Origin: Penicillus capitatus
Taxonomy: Eukaryota > Plantae > Chlorophyta
DNA length: 56,543 bases
Direction: 5' to 3'
NCBI GenBank assembly: GCA_965649825.1
Contig: OZ287713.1
Span: 1 to 56,543, forward strand
Shown here: positions 1 through 13,123 of the stretch, piece by piece
Layout: each line of letters begins with the position of its first letter
How positions within the stretch are numbered: position 1 is the stretch's first letter
Notes under the pieces: generated by a model
Databases searched by the model: none
What the model was told of the DNA's origin: nothing
What the model saw: the letters and a program-made list of their open reading frames with translations, nothing else
Translations under genes and position numbers: made by a program

Positions 1-1714
1 AACCATTTTTCATAACAATTAAATCACTGCTAATTTAATCCCTTCAATAACTGTTTTATCTTTCGGTAGATTTTAAGGATCTTGAATTCTTCTCATTTAT
101 CTTAAACTTCTCAGAAATTAATCAGTTATAATATAATAGAATATTATAATCAATGAAGTGGACAAATACATTCACTGAATTGATTTTAACTTAGGGTTGC
201 ACCAAGAGTACATAAATAAAAAGTATAAAAAACGAGTAATTTATATTAAAACTCATCTGTTAATACTGTTGTACTAATAAAAGAAAAATAATTATTTTTT
301 TTTGATAATTTCTAAAGTAGTACGATTTCTTGGGATCTTCTTTGGAGTTTTAGTCACTCGTACAAGTATTGGGAAGTTACCGCAAATCTTTTTGAAATTG
401 CAGTTGCTGAAATAATCATTTTGCAGTGTTTAGTACGATTTAGTACTTTACAGAAGGGTTTTAATTTTAGGAAAACTATTTTTTTATTGAAGACGGTCGG
501 AGTTAAACTGCTTTAATCACCCAATCGATAGTTCGATTGCAAATGCAACATATGAGCACAATTATTATCAATGAACTCTTTGTTGAGTCTGGCCAAATAG
601 GTTACACCAAACATGAATACGCTTTCAAAACAACCACTTTATCAAGCTTTCGCCTATTGATAGATAATTGACAAACAAATTAATTGAGATAATTTTATAT
701 GTGCGATAGAGCGAGTTTTTTGTTTGACTAAGGTTACATAAGTGCACAAATCAAAAGTATTTGATTAATTCTGAACAGTGTGAAAGATGGCACTCTAGGT
801 GAAGTATATCATTATCAGAAACAAACGGGAGTGATAGTTAATCTGTGAAAGAATTGAATTGGTTTTAGTCAGAAATCAGGGTGTAGTTGCAATAAACGCA
901 CAGGTAAGTGTATATTATTATTATTATTACAACGATGCGGCGGTCGTTTTTCGACATAAAATAAAAAAGGAATGGAAATTTTGCAGTACACCAAACAGCA
1001 AACTCAACCCAATACTTATACTATTTCTTTATACAGGGTTGGGAGGGAGTAACGGATAATCACCATAAGTTTTGTCAGTACACAAACATTTTTTAAATGC
1101 TCCAAGAAAAGATTTTGCTGTTTACGTAAAATAGGTGCCATTTGTATATGTTTTATCAACGATTATTTTTAAATGTCATTCTATTTTTTTGGGTTTTCTG
1201 ATTTAAGTATTTTTTTCAATAGTTTAAACTTCATGTAGGTTTGACAGAAAAAATTAAAATTTAAATCAAACCACTAATAAAGCGAAAAATGAATGTTTTT
1301 TCGGAATTTTTATATACCAAAGAAGAATTTTGGAAACTTTACAATGAACTGACATCGATGGATATATGATCTGACTAAAAAGGCCTCTCTTAAAATAAAA
1401 ATTTTCTGAAATTATAAGAAAAAACAATAATTATTTCCCTTTGTTTATTACTGCATGGTATTATTAGATAGTTCTAATAAATACGATTAATAGTATATGT
1501 CCCACCCATGTTTTCCATGTGAGAGTAGAAACGTGCACTATACACGTGTACCCTTACCGTTTTCATGTTGAAGAATGCAAAAATAATCAACGGGGATGAT
1601 GCAATTAGGGACATTATTATATTCTTCGCAGAAATCCAGAAGAGTATTAGTGCATTTACTTGGCACTTTTCTAAATTTGTAAATTTCACGCCATTACGTT
1701 TGTAATCGAATTCT

Positions 1715-1900
1715 GAACAACTTTCAAAATGTCCGCCTGTCTGTCCGTCCGTCACGTTTCTTGTAAGCACGATAACTGAAGAAGCAAACATCCGATTGTA
1801 TTGACTGTAGCTTAGTGTTAGTTAGAGGAAGAACTCTATTGTTTTTGAACAAAATCGGTCGGTAAATAAAAAAGTTATGAAATATTTTAAATAAAAAATG
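1715..1900 (+). repeat. Insect Helitron/DINE-like interspersed repeat fragment
   Basis: gtccgcctgtctgtccgtccgtcacgtttcttgtaagcacgataac has the (CTGT/CCGT)n core followed by the kind of sequence seen in insect non-autonomous Helitron-like elements. Family assignment is from recall only. Confidence 0.4.
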
Positions 1901-3819
1901 TACAAGAAAAGTTACAACTTTTAATAAAATTCTACAAAAACAAAAATACCGCATGGTATTAACTTGCGTTTCGCCAATCAAGCAGGAATCATCAGGAAGT
2001 GGTAAAAATTACAAGTGAACAATTATATCTAAAAAAATTAACTTATTTTCGAAAGAACTGCGAATTGGGTACTCAATAAAATGTTCAACAACTTTAGGTA
2101 TATAAAAACTTTCAGCGAAATGTGTAATACGTTACATTTAGTTTTTTAGTGTTGTTGGTATGAGTTGAGTTAGTATGAAAAATTTCAGAGTTATATTACA
2201 GTAGTACGTGGATGGTCAATATCTCCTAACTGTCTGAAATTTGGAAATGAGATAAAAATTGTTAGAGATCAAGAGACCTAAAATTACATTTAAATATACA
2301 GGGTGTATTTTATAGTGGTGGCAAGTAAGGACTCTGGGTTTTTAAAGAGAACACTCAACATTTTTATATAGTTGTACTTGACACTTAATTTGTAAAATAT
2401 GTAACATTGTATGTTATTGTGTTTACATGAAACGGTCTACAACACATACAGACAGATACTTTTATTCAATATTAGGGTTCAGCATCTTCTAAAACGGACT
2501 TAACTATAACATTTTTTTCTACGATGAATATTAAAAATTTTTGTGCGGTCATAATAAGCCTGTCTAATTAAATCAAAGAGGTCTGATAAACTGTAGAACT
2601 GCGAAATCCCCATCACAATAGGTTCACTGATTCTCAAGTTAGTGCGTTTATACAGGAAGACAATCCGACACAGTGACACTTCCTTTGATATTATGCAGTG
2701 ATGAAATTAAACTTCTCCGAAATTTTCAACAGAATTTCTGAAGGAATTCTTGATATTACGTTTTACATTGAAACCATAACCCGAACGTGTAAAAAATTTC
2801 ACATCCTGGTCTACGATTTACGTAAACGTCGGTCCAAATTTCCCCCTTGTCTTATAAGATTACGTGCATTTAGACATTCAGCAAACCGAATAAAATTAAA
2901 TGTATAAGCATATTAAACCAAATTGTCAATGACAAGTTCAAGACTAATTAAAAAAATGTTCATGGTTGAACGGTGGAATGTAAGCAGAATAGCGAATGAG
3001 TATTTTTCTATAAAAACGCTTTGTTTTTTTTCTCAAAACAAATTAAACGGAATTAATAAATGTATTATTTTAATAAGAGCAAGGGCTAATGCTTTTTAAT
3101 TTATGTTTTTATAATACGCAAACTACTCGTTAGCAGTTAGGTATTGTGGATAAAACATGAAACTGAGGATGATGTGTTTTTATTTTTTTATCGATTTAAA
3201 GTCAGAAAATTAATAGCTAGAATATTAATGAGATGTTTTCTATCAATAAATTCTTCTCTTAATTATTTTTTTAATACATCGATACTTGAATTGTACATTT
3301 GAAAAGTGTCTTACAATTTGAGCCAACAGAAGTGGTAATATTTTCCTTTTTTCAATTTTAAAATTTATTGTTATAAACAAATCAACATTCCTTTTTGGCT
3401 TTTTCACTAAAACGAAAAGTAGAAGCATACCTTAATAGTACTATAGTTTCAAAAATAAATAAAAAATGTTTACTTGGAATGAAAATTGTAACCTTTAACA
3501 TTTTAATTGTTTATTAGTAAACAAATTGATATTTCGACAAAAAAAATTCGTTAGTTTACTTTATAGACCCTGTACTAATATAATTTTATTAACATAAGGG
3601 AACATTTTTTCTTTACAAATAATGAACAATTTTTGCTATTTTCGATTATTTTATCAAATTTTGCTTTTAATCAATCACAATTAATGTAAATCTAGACTAT
3701 ATATGAAATTTGTATGTATATCCAAATCCTGATAAACAATTTTCAGAGGGTGAGGTATGCAGTTCAAAAACATGTCTTTCCCATTCTAGCTCTCTTAAAA
3801 TTTCTTATCGTTTTCATTT

Positions 3820-3996
3820 TCTACTTTCCTTACTTACATAAGGGAAGAATTGTAATTGAAAAAATCACTCTACGAGATTTCTTCAGAATTTTATATTGCG
3901 GACTATGTAGATTCCGAAAATAATGGTCTTTCAATTTCGCCAATCTGTCTCTTTGTCTGTCTGTTGCCGCTACAACTCAAACATTATTTGACGGAT
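3820..3996 (+). repeat. Second CTGT-core insect-type repeat, truncated at the compositional junction
   Basis: caatctgtctctttgtctgtctgttgccgctacaactcaaacattatttgacggat stops abruptly and GC-rich sequence follows. Confidence 0.4.
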
Positions 3997-4707
3997 GCCC
4001 CTGGGGGTGACCCGAGATGCCAGCCTTCTTCACGTTTCCCTATCCTTGATGATCGATTTGGAGCTTCTTACTTGCTCGCCCTGAAGGTGCCATATCCTTT
4101 AGCCCCGTTTTCCAATACGACGGCCGATCCTGGCGGGACAAATCGGCGCCGTCATGGATCGAATGCTCCGCCGCGGTCCCACCCACCAACTTCAGTCTGA
4201 ATTTCAAGACCCCATGCGTCGTCTCAACGGCAAACGGCTTCCTCTCCATGCGCCTTATCTACCGTCGGCTCTGGACACATCCGAGCGCCGAGGCGGATCT
4301 TGGCGTCCTTTGTGTCTTGCGCATTGCTTTGAGTCTTCTGCTTTGCTGACGATTGCGAAAAGGCGAGACATCGCTGCACAGCTCGTCGGCTTCGTTTATG
4401 TACTTTCTCTCCTGCGAACGAACCGTTACGGCGCCGGCGACGACGTCGTCGACATTAAACGCGTCGTTTCACTGCGACAACGCAGTCAGCGTACGAAAGA
4501 AGAACAGTTGACAGTGAGCTTCGCGACAATGAGCTTCGCAGAGGAAATCTGCCCAGATAGAACGCGTGCTGAATTCAACGACGCGTTCATTCCTTCGATA
4601 CCAAACACTGAGTGCCTTTCTTTTTCTCAAACGCTGCGGCTTCCTTGCGTTCGGAACCCCTCGCAGTTCGCAGTCTATCCGTCGGCTCTCAGAAGGAGCC
4701 AGCCCCC

Positions 4708-7306
4708 ATGTTGCTTGGCACGCGACGGGCCACTGTAGTCCTTCTGGCTTTCATAGCTTCATCGGTCGAAATTCAGGATACGCTATCCCTTCTTGAAGAA
4801 TGGAGTGCGCGCATGTTCTCAGTAGGAGATGAAATAGCTGTCCGGCTGACCGCCACAAACGTCAAGGACAAGGACTGCTGTCCATGCAGTCACAATGCCT
4901 GTGGCGTGCCGCCGCCGGATTCCAAAATGGAGTGTCTCTATTCAAACCAGACGGGATTACCCGACTGCGGTGTTCCCAGTTGCGGCCACACGAGAGTCCG
5001 TTCACTCAACCCATTCGATACGGATCCATGATCGACGTTGTGTTGTCGAGCAGCTCAATATGCAGCAAGCTTATGTGCAAACGCCGCCTTCCGCAATGAC
5101 GGGTTCCTATGTCAATGAAATCAAGAGAGACATCTGTCTGACATCGGTCGGTACCTTTCATTGGAAATGACAATAGACTCACGATGAGTTGTGCAGGGTC
5201 TGGGAGAAACGCTCAAAAAAGCCCGCAACCACACTAAAGGCTTTGTTCCCTGGACTTACTTCGGTGCATCTGAAACGGGAGTCTTCACGTAATGAACCGT
5301 TGGCCTTTGTGGGTTCGTCATGGATCGTTCGTTCATTGATTCTCAGGAGTTGGCCAGGAATGCCTCGGGAGCAAGAAGGTGACGGAGTATGTCGTTCCTA
5401 CGATCCCGTAACCCATCTTCCGATGACTAATCCTTACAACAGGTGTGCGCTTAGAGAGTTCGGCCATGGTGGAGAAGAGCCGCATGGCATCCACGAAATA
5501 TCGTGATCCTTGTCGATCTGTCAAATTCGATGAAAGGCCTCGTTGAAGGAACGGCACTTGAAAAGTGGAATGTCACAGTGGACATCATTGTGCGTTTTTC
5601 GGAGACGTTATCAGCGGAAGACACCGTTCAGATCGTTGGCGTCGGGATGCAGTCTAAGGTGCTAATTGGACCGAATGCGACAATGCCTGCCACTGAGAGT
5701 TTCGTCGCGAGACTGACAAGACAGTTGAAAAAAGAAGAGCCATCTGAAGCTAAATCGGTTGTCGACTTTGGCAAGGCAATCGAGCGAGCTTTAGAGTTGT
5801 TGATCGCCAACCGTAGTCCCAGAATCGCAAAATGCGAAAATGTACCGCTTTTCTCTTGCTTCTCTCTGGTGTTGTGACCGTCGTTCAGCACATTCTCCTG
5901 TTCTCGGACAGAAGGGACTGCAGTCACTCGATTGAGCAAGCCTGTGCGTCGAAGATTTACGTGAGCGAGGGAGGAATATCTGCTTCCCAGCCAACCAACG
6001 CAACGATTGGCGTTGTGGAGGATATCATCGACAGATATACCGGGAGTTGGAAAAGAACGAAAGTCGTTCTCTTTACTTACTCCCTTTCTGCCAAACCCAA
6101 CGGCCTGCTGAGTCAGTTAGCCTGTCGCCTAGACGGAATTCACGTCGATCTAGAGAAGGAGCTTCAAAAAGGTCGGCGCCGATCATTTTAAAGATCTTCT
6201 CCACTGCCTGTCATCGTTCAGGAATTCTGGATCCCTTGCAGTTAATGCGAAAGTACTTTCTCAGATCTGCCATGTCCATTGCCAAATCGTTTCGAGAACC
6301 AAAGATTTCTGTCAGCGATTTCTATGATGACGACATGGGGTTGGGCACAGTGAATACATTTGCAATGCCAGTCCTCTATCAGCCGAATGCCAAATGCCCA
6401 GCCATCCACTACGGCGTCGTTGGAGTCGACATGCGGAAGCAAGATTATGAAGATCGCGATATCTTTTCAGACTCCCTAGATTTTGAGGATGATATGAAAC
6501 ACTGGAACTACCGTCTCACAGAATGCCAGTCGGCGTCGGTCGATAAATGCCATATGCAGGTTCTGAGAGGAGAAGAGGCGCAGTGTGTCTACTCCATAAG
6601 AGATCCAAAAAGCGGAGAATGCTACCGGTTTAACGAACGTATATACTATGTCGAAGATGACGCGCTCAGGAGTTTCTATGATGCTACACAGTTTTGCCTC
6701 GACCTGGGAGGACAGCTGATTGCTCCACAAGATCCCAAAGAAAGACAGTTCCTCGCAACATTGATTCCTCCAGATGGAAGTTGGATCGATATCGTCATGG
6801 ACGACGATAACGTCACCTATATATGGCTGGATGGTCAACCGGTTTTTGACGAAAAGGAAGGAAAGAGAATTGCTCGTGTGTGTGACTTTCCGTTTCCTTC
6901 TGCTGCATTTTACATGGATCCTCGAAACTACAGAGATAATTTCCAATGCGTGCAACCAATCAGAAGTCTGGCTACTGTCTGCCAGTTTGACTCGGAGAAG
7001 ATACCGTCCTTTTGCAAAGTCTCTGATGTGTGATTGCTTCTTCGCAGATGAAGAAATCGCTTTACGTCTGTTTAGGAAATCGTGTCGGTTACGGAGGAGG
7101 ATTTTAAGGATACCATTCATACTTGTGGAATGGAAGACTGTCTCTTGACAACTCGAGGATATGAAAAATACACAAACATGCGAGAGAGCGAGATACTTTG
7201 CAATGCAAGATTGGCAACCACACGCAATTTCACACAAATCTCATGTTGCTCGACCGAAGAGCTGACCTCAAGGTGCGGAGGACACAAGGGCGAACGAGAG
7301 CTTTAG
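4708..7306 (+). CDS. Secreted alpha2delta-like VWA-Cache protein with C-terminal C-type lectin domain (multi-exon)
   Basis: Hydrophobic N-terminus MLLGTRRATVVLLAFIASS. Spliced exons give WTYFGASETG, YDP|RVRPWWRRAAWHPRNIVILVDLSNSM (MIDAS DxSxS), Cache motif YDDDMGLGTVNTFAMPV...GVVGVDM and lectin-like CYRF...SFYDATQFCLDLGGQL...SWI. Introns are GT-AG, about 50 nt; TAG stop at 7,304-7,306. Confidence 0.8.
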
Positions 7307-7486
7307 CGAATTCGATTTGTTGTCCGATCTTCAGTACGCCGTTCATACAGACTTAATCATTAACGACCGATTCATTCTTTAGAACAGAGCGGTCCGACCA
7401 TCGCGCCATGTTGCAGAAGCGAGTGTTCGTTAGTGATTACATGCAACTAGATAAGAACAGCCGGGTGTCATATGCAAAGCATGTGT

Positions 7487-8911
7487 TTAAGACAATGAAC
7501 TCTGCTCTGACAGAGGCTTCTCCAGGCAGATGTCCAGGATATCATCCAATGCTGCGGTCTTCTCTCGGGGTTTTCCTCTCTCACGGCCGCGCGCCGCCTC
7601 AATTTCTTGCAGCTTCATCCAGTTGGAGAAGTCAACATACCGCACCTGTTCTCTGGCCAGAATCTCAGGGAGAGAAGGAGTAGAGTTTGGAGCTTTTGCT
7701 AGGAGTTCTGCCCTATCTTCATGCACGGCGTCTGCCACGTCTTCGGCATCGATAATGTTGGTGCCGATGATGCCAGTTGCTCCGCGTTTGATCCAACCAG
7801 AAACGTACACTCCTCGGACGATCTCCTCCGTCGAGGGATCAAACACCCGTCCGTCCTTGCTCGGCACAATTCCGCGGTCCTCATCAAACGGAACGCCTTC
7901 GATCCGAGCGGCAACGGTGCCAATGCAGGTGATCAACATGTCCACATCGAGCCTCTCCATTTCGCCAAATGGATCCTCCGATGTGTCCTGCAAGGTCAAG
8001 CCTTGGATTTCCGAATGATCATTGAGGTGGATTTGCTGAATCGGTCTGCTGAACTTGAAGTGGAGCGTTCGGTCGAAGGGGTCTTCGTTGTACTCTGCTT
8101 CTCGAGCCTTCTCCAGAGAATCTTTAAAAATGTCGATCACTCTCTTTCGACTCCTTTCCTTTCGAACAACCTTCGCATCCTTGAGAGATATCTTCAGATC
8201 CAAAGGCGACAGAGGACATCTGGTTCGTGGCAGATTCATAATCTCTCTGAGTTCCTTAGGTGTGAACTTCACGTGTGCCACATTCCTCCGAGCAATGATA
8301 TGGACATCTTTGACAGAAGATGCCTCCAATGCTGCGATAGCGTGGGAAGCCATGTCGGTCGATGCAAAGGCGCTTGCAGGTTTCAGCAATATCCTTGCAC
8401 AGTCCAATGCCACATTTCCGGCACCTACGATTGCTACAGAACGGACACCCGAGAGATCGACATCGAGATGTCGGCCGTCGGGATGTCCATTGTACCACCA
8501 GACAAACTCCCGAGCACTCCATATCCCTCTGCCATTTTCACCTTCGACTCCGAGTTTGCGGTCCAACTCGGCACCGCATGCCAGTATGACGCCGTGATAA
8601 ATCTCCAGTAGCTGAGCTAGGCGGATGTTTCGACCAAGATGAACGTTTCCAAAGAAACGGCAGTGATCTTGACGCAGGACCCGCATGAAACCATTGCGGA
8701 CGTTCTTTGTCGCCGGGTGATCTGGCGCGACGCCCGTCTCGACGAGGCCAAAAGGAAAAGGAAGGCGGTCGAGGACGTCGATCTGGATCGGCGAACCGCG
8801 GCTTCGCCGAATAAGACGTTCGGCTGTGTAGAGACCAGCAGGTCCAGCGCCGACAATGCACACCTTCAGTAATGGCGAGGCTGCCCAGCAGCACCGCACG
8901 GCACGACGCAT
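7487..8911 (-). CDS. FDXR: NADPH:adrenodoxin oxidoreductase (mitochondrial ferredoxin reductase), intronless, 474 aa
   Basis: VCIVGAGPAGLYTA (FAD), GVAPDHP, VAIVGAGNVALDCARIL (NADP), GVYVSGWIKRGATGIIGTN. Basic N-terminal presequence. Confidence 0.92.
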   Translation of the reverse strand: MRRAVRCCWAASPLLKVCIVGAGPAGLYTAERLIRRSRGSPIQIDVLDRLPFPFGLVETGVAPDHPATKNVRNGFMRVLRQDHCRFFGNVHLGRNIRLAQLLEIYHGVILACGAELDRKLGVEGENGRGIWSAREFVWWYNGHPDGRHLDVDLSGVRSVAIVGAGNVALDCARILLKPASAFASTDMASHAIAALEASSVKDVHIIARRNVAHVKFTPKELREIMNLPRTRCPLSPLDLKISLKDAKVVRKERSRKRVIDIFKDSLEKAREAEYNEDPFDRTLHFKFSRPIQQIHLNDHSEIQGLTLQDTSEDPFGEMERLDVDMLITCIGTVAARIEGVPFDEDRGIVPSKDGRVFDPSTEEIVRGVYVSGWIKRGATGIIGTNIIDAEDVADAVHEDRAELLAKAPNSTPSLPEILAREQVRYVDFSNWMKLQEIEAARGRERGKPREKTAALDDILDICLEKPLSEQSSLS

Positions 8912-9359
8912 TCAACGACGTCTGTCACTTCAAGGATCCGGAGAATCGCTCCTACGGGTCGTTGCTCCCATCGACGAACACTGTTTAAGTCGACACGCGC
9001 TCAGCATAGAAAAAGACACTGATGGCGGCCTCACTTCGTCACAGCTAGGCGCGCCTTAGCGCGGAGTGACTCGTAGATGAAGGTCTCTTCTGGATTCCGC
9101 TTCTGTTTACGACATTGATCAGATCCATGCAATTCAGATACATCTGAGCGTTTTCTGTTGTCTCCATTGATACAACGTCGATGGTTGCTCCAACCGTGCA
9201 AGTGGATTGTGTCCACGGTTAAGCACAGGAAAGAAGTCAGGAGCGTCCGCACTGCCAAGCCATGTTTTTCTGTGCTCAGTTTAACGCTACCTTCGAATCT
9301 GCGTGCTAGCGAAACCCAGGATGCTGTGTAATGTCTTCTCACCTCGGTAGCTGACAGCA

Positions 9360-10999
9360 TGACAGCAGCACTTGTGACGACTACAGCTATTTTTGCCGCC
9401 TGTCAATACGCCGCCTGTCGTTTTTCGATAGAATACGTGTTCTCCGTAAGAAGAAGAACACTGCAGCGATTGAGAGGTCAGCGATTGAGAGGTAAGAACA
9501 CTAACGGCTGGCTTCTCATGGCGACGCAGAATATTCTCCACAGTTCCACAGAAGACGGATAGAATCTTTGGTCGGCAGAAAACCCTGGACGCGGAGGATG
9601 CGTTATTCGTGGTGATCGTTGATGTGTTTAATGTCCGCCGCACTTGCGTGGAGACGGACGGATATCAAAATTCTCGCGTCATGACTCTCATGTCTACACG
9701 GTACAAAGACACCTTCAGCGGTTCTTTACCATTTTGAGAACATCGAGTTGAAGGTCGTCATATTGCTGACGACGGCAGATATCAACACACAGCGACTCGT
9801 GTCTATTATCGCGGGCGGCTTCGCCCACAACACGCGAAGCTGCAGTACTTTGTCCAACCGTTGTTGAGAATGTCAGGATCATCCACTGGTTGATGTTCCC
9901 GTCGGTTAAGGCCGCGGTGCTGCTGCATCCATTCATTCGTCCGTTCTTAGATACCGTGTCTCGTCGCACTAAACGCCTTTTGCGTTCCAAGGGTACTTCA
10001 GCATATTGTCGAATCTCTGCGTAAGCGCCTTTCGCGGTTGCCAAACAATAACAGACTTCACTGTGCAACACAAGGTGATGGGAAATCACTCGTCGAGGCT
10101 TTTGGATGAAACGAAAGAGGGCGAGGAAGCGCCGCGTTTGTTGAAGGGTCGCCGAGCGACGAAGAAGATCAGCAAAATCACACTCTTCGTCATCATTGGA
10201 AGCAGTGCGGTTTTTGAAGTGAAGAGAACGCAAGAGACCCTTCCAGTTGAAGTGGCGGACGCTGGCAAGACGGCAGGCGATGGCACGACGCCGCGGAAAT
10301 CCGATATTCAAATTTCCGTTCGCCAGCTGCCCATCGATGGGAGTCCTATCGCGGAAGGTGAGATATAGTCGAGTGTGACGTCGAGATGATCCAATGAGTG
10401 ACACAGGTGTGATGACAACTGATGATTTGGCATCTATCAAACTGCACAAAGTTCGACAAAACTCTATTCATTCCTTCTCGCTGAACTTCGACCGAGAACG
10501 CGCTCGCTCGAAATCTCTCGATTTCGGAGAGGACCAACGCGTTGAGAATGGCGCTGGATGTCATGCTGCGGCCGACGAGACATATGTGGTGCTGAACTTG
10601 GATATCTGTGAAGAGGAGAATGCTGAAAATCCAGTTCAGCTGCATTTTGGGTACCAACCGGAGGCGGAATGCAAGCTGGCTTCGCATCAGGATACATACG
10701 ACGACGATGCCGATTCAAACTGTAGCGATTCTTCAAGTTTTGCCTTGCAGATTTCAAAACTCGCGGCCAGTGCGATTGAATCCGAAAACGAGACAGTGGA
10801 GAAATGGGGCGAGAAGCTGGCCAAGGCAATCGAGTCCAAGATTGGCCAACCGACATCTGTGGTGATAAAGAAAGCCAGTCGTAGCAAGACGAAGAAGAAA
10901 GGAGGCAAGCGAGGCAACCGCAAGGCCAAGAGAACATCAAGTCCGACTATTGAAGCTGCAGTCCCAGACGCCGCAGATTCCCAAGAGCACGAAGGATAG
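9360..10999 (+). CDS. Spliced gene of unknown function (true start probably further upstream)
   Basis: Coding-like exons bounded by GT/AG (e.g. ...EYVFS|gtaag and ...SPIAE|gtgag). The last 201-aa exon has acidic and Lys-rich tracts. No recognisable motif. Confidence 0.35.
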
Positions 11000-11369
11000 A
11001 GTGGTGATGGTGGTATATCTGTTCAAATGGAATGGTCTTCCCTTGCGGCACTGTCGTACAGCTGCACATATCTATCTATATATAAACTGAATAAAGTCCG
11101 GAGCGTTGGGTTCTGTTACCAAGAAAACGGCAATTCGCCTTTTTACGCATTGACTGCATTGTTGTCGTTGTTGCCCTAGAAATTCCAATCCTTATTCTTC
11201 CTTTCCTTGACATGCTCAATTTTGTAGCACACCATACGCTCGACGACAGAATGTGAACATATACTCTCTCATGCGACTCATGTTAAAAATAGATCCAGTG
11301 ACAAGGACTCTGATGCCAAAAGATACAGTTTGGCGCTCTGTAACATACCCGCACTCAGGGTTGCTTGCT

Positions 11370-12608
11370 TTATGTCTGATGTGCCCGTTGCTGGCGGCGA
11401 CGCATTGTACGGCGAGGCGGCGGTGGCGGTAGATTGTTCATGCCCTGTACGGAAAGGATGTGACCTATGAGATCTGCGCGACTTGAACTGGCATGTCGAT
11501 CCACTTCCTTCCCGTTCTTGAAAAAGAGGAAAGAAGGCACATCGAGAATCTTCAACTCCTTGCCCAGCAATGCCAGTTCTGGATCGTCCACGAGCAGGCG
11601 AGCAAAAGAGACATAGCCCTGTCACACCATCAGCTTTGATAGCACGATCCACAGAAACACACGACAGCATACCTGCAATTTCTTTGCAAGGGCAAGAACA
11701 GCAGGATAGATATGAATGCAGGGTTCAGCCCGAGACACAGAAACATCCACGACCTTCAGAACCTTGTCGGTGTTGTCCCCGTCGTGAACGAACGATTCGA
11801 AATCTTCGCGCGTCTTGATCTGGAAGACATGATCGCTTGCATCCGCCCCTCCAGCGTAGGTATTTGCGTAGTACAACACACCTGGATTGTGAGGGTCACA
11901 CATACTAAAGGAGTGAGAAAATTGTTTAGATTCTATCTGGACCTTCTCCCAAATCTTGTTGCAGGTGCAGCGCGCCTCTGTGTTCCCAGAGGAGTTGTCC
12001 CGAGCGATAGAACTGCAGCGTCGGAATCACATCGATGCCCAGTTCATCGCACAGTTCTGCTCCGTTGTCGGTGTCCGACTGTCACACCACACACAAATCT
12101 CGCACATATCATGGACGCAGTAAGCCGAACATCAATGGCAACGAACTTCACGTCCTTGCATTCTCTGGCCGTTCTCTGGAAAACGTGTTTGATCTGACTG
12201 CAGATTTCTTCCATTTCTCGATCCTGGTTTCGCTGATCTTGCTTCCAGTGCAGCTCCACTTCCTCCATCTCGCCCGTATCGCAGACCTCCTCCGACGAGA
12301 CTTCTACCACCACCAGCGATTCTGTCGACTGCATGGCACAGCGACGCGCGCACTCAGCGATGGCTTCGGAAAGGACGACATCATACTTGGAGAACCTGTG
12401 CGGCAAAGTCCGTTCGATCACCCACTTGGACAACACGCTCTTCCACGCGCTGCGACTCGCGCAGACGTCGCTGCAACGCCTGCTCTGCTGTCTCCGATCC
12501 CGAAGCGACACGGAAGCGGCCCCGTCGGCAGCATCTCCCCTCTCGTTTAACGTCGCTCCTCGGTGCGACCAACGGAAGGTTTCGGCGGACAGTCGAGGTG
12601 CGTCTCAT
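11370..12608 (-). CDS. CDSP32: CDSP32-like chloroplast double-thioredoxin protein (multi-exon)
   Basis: Arg/Ser-rich transit peptide and two Trx folds: ...IKHVFQRTARECKDVKFVAIDV, and KVVDVSVSRAEPCIHIYPAVLALAK...VPSFLFFKNGKEVDRH. Confidence 0.78.
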
Positions 12609-12984
12609 CTTCCCTAGCGTAGTGCGTGCGTGCGTGCGCCTCCTCTCTTCGAGTCACATCCCGTGTGTTTGTGCTCAACGAGGCGTGTTCCATTTCTTGC
12701 CTCTTCTCCAGTTCGTTAGGTTTCTAAACAATGGCGACCGTAGCGCCTAGGGAATCGTGTCCGGGTGATGGTCATGCAATCTGGGAGCAAAGGAATTTAC
12801 GCGTCTCTACTATCAACCCTCAACGACAATTCCGAATACCTACGTCGATTCTATGGCCAATCGAGCACCGTAACTGTATCCGAAACGCAAGACGATGGAT
12901 CGAATCTAAAACTCCTTCCGCCCTAAATCCAGATAACGCCAACCACGACTGCGCGTGTAAACCAGGCGATGAGGACACAAAGTT

Positions 12985-13123
12985 CACCGTATCCAAAGGT
13001 ACACAGCGCAGGGTCCCAGATATCGGAAAGAAAAACCGATAGGCGTACTACTTGAAAGATTCTTACGTGTTCAAGCGACGTTACACAATGCCAAACTATG
13101 TTCTTATTCAACAAGAATAAAGA
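12985..13123 (+). repeat. Copy 1 of duplicated plus-strand coding-like segment
   Basis: Near-identical to ~15,600-15,745. Frame RYTAQGPRYRKEKPIGVLLERFLRVQATLHNAKLCSYSTR, with synonymous differences between copies. Confidence 0.8.

Larger units (their letters stand above)
1..3996. other. AT-rich non-coding animal-type (insect-like) DNA block
   Basis: About 25-30% GC by eye. The short ORFs are low-complexity and not credible. It contains TATACAGGG(T/G) transposon-end-like motifs (~1,030, ~2,297) and CTGT/CCGT-microsatellite repeats typical of insect genomes. Composition changes abruptly at ~3,997. Confidence 0.7.

Noticed and set aside
1-3996. Short ORFs and a paired TACAGGG...CCCTGTA MITE in the AT-rich block
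   Set aside because: The ORFs are low-complexity with no motifs, and the candidate ends match for only 7-8 nt.
6476-8915. Long antisense/overlapping ORFs (e.g. 6,476-7,237, 7,721-8,611; also 45,741-46,610 and 51,693-52,361)
   Set aside because: They are shadows of real genes on the opposite strand, with off-frame amino-acid composition and no motifs.
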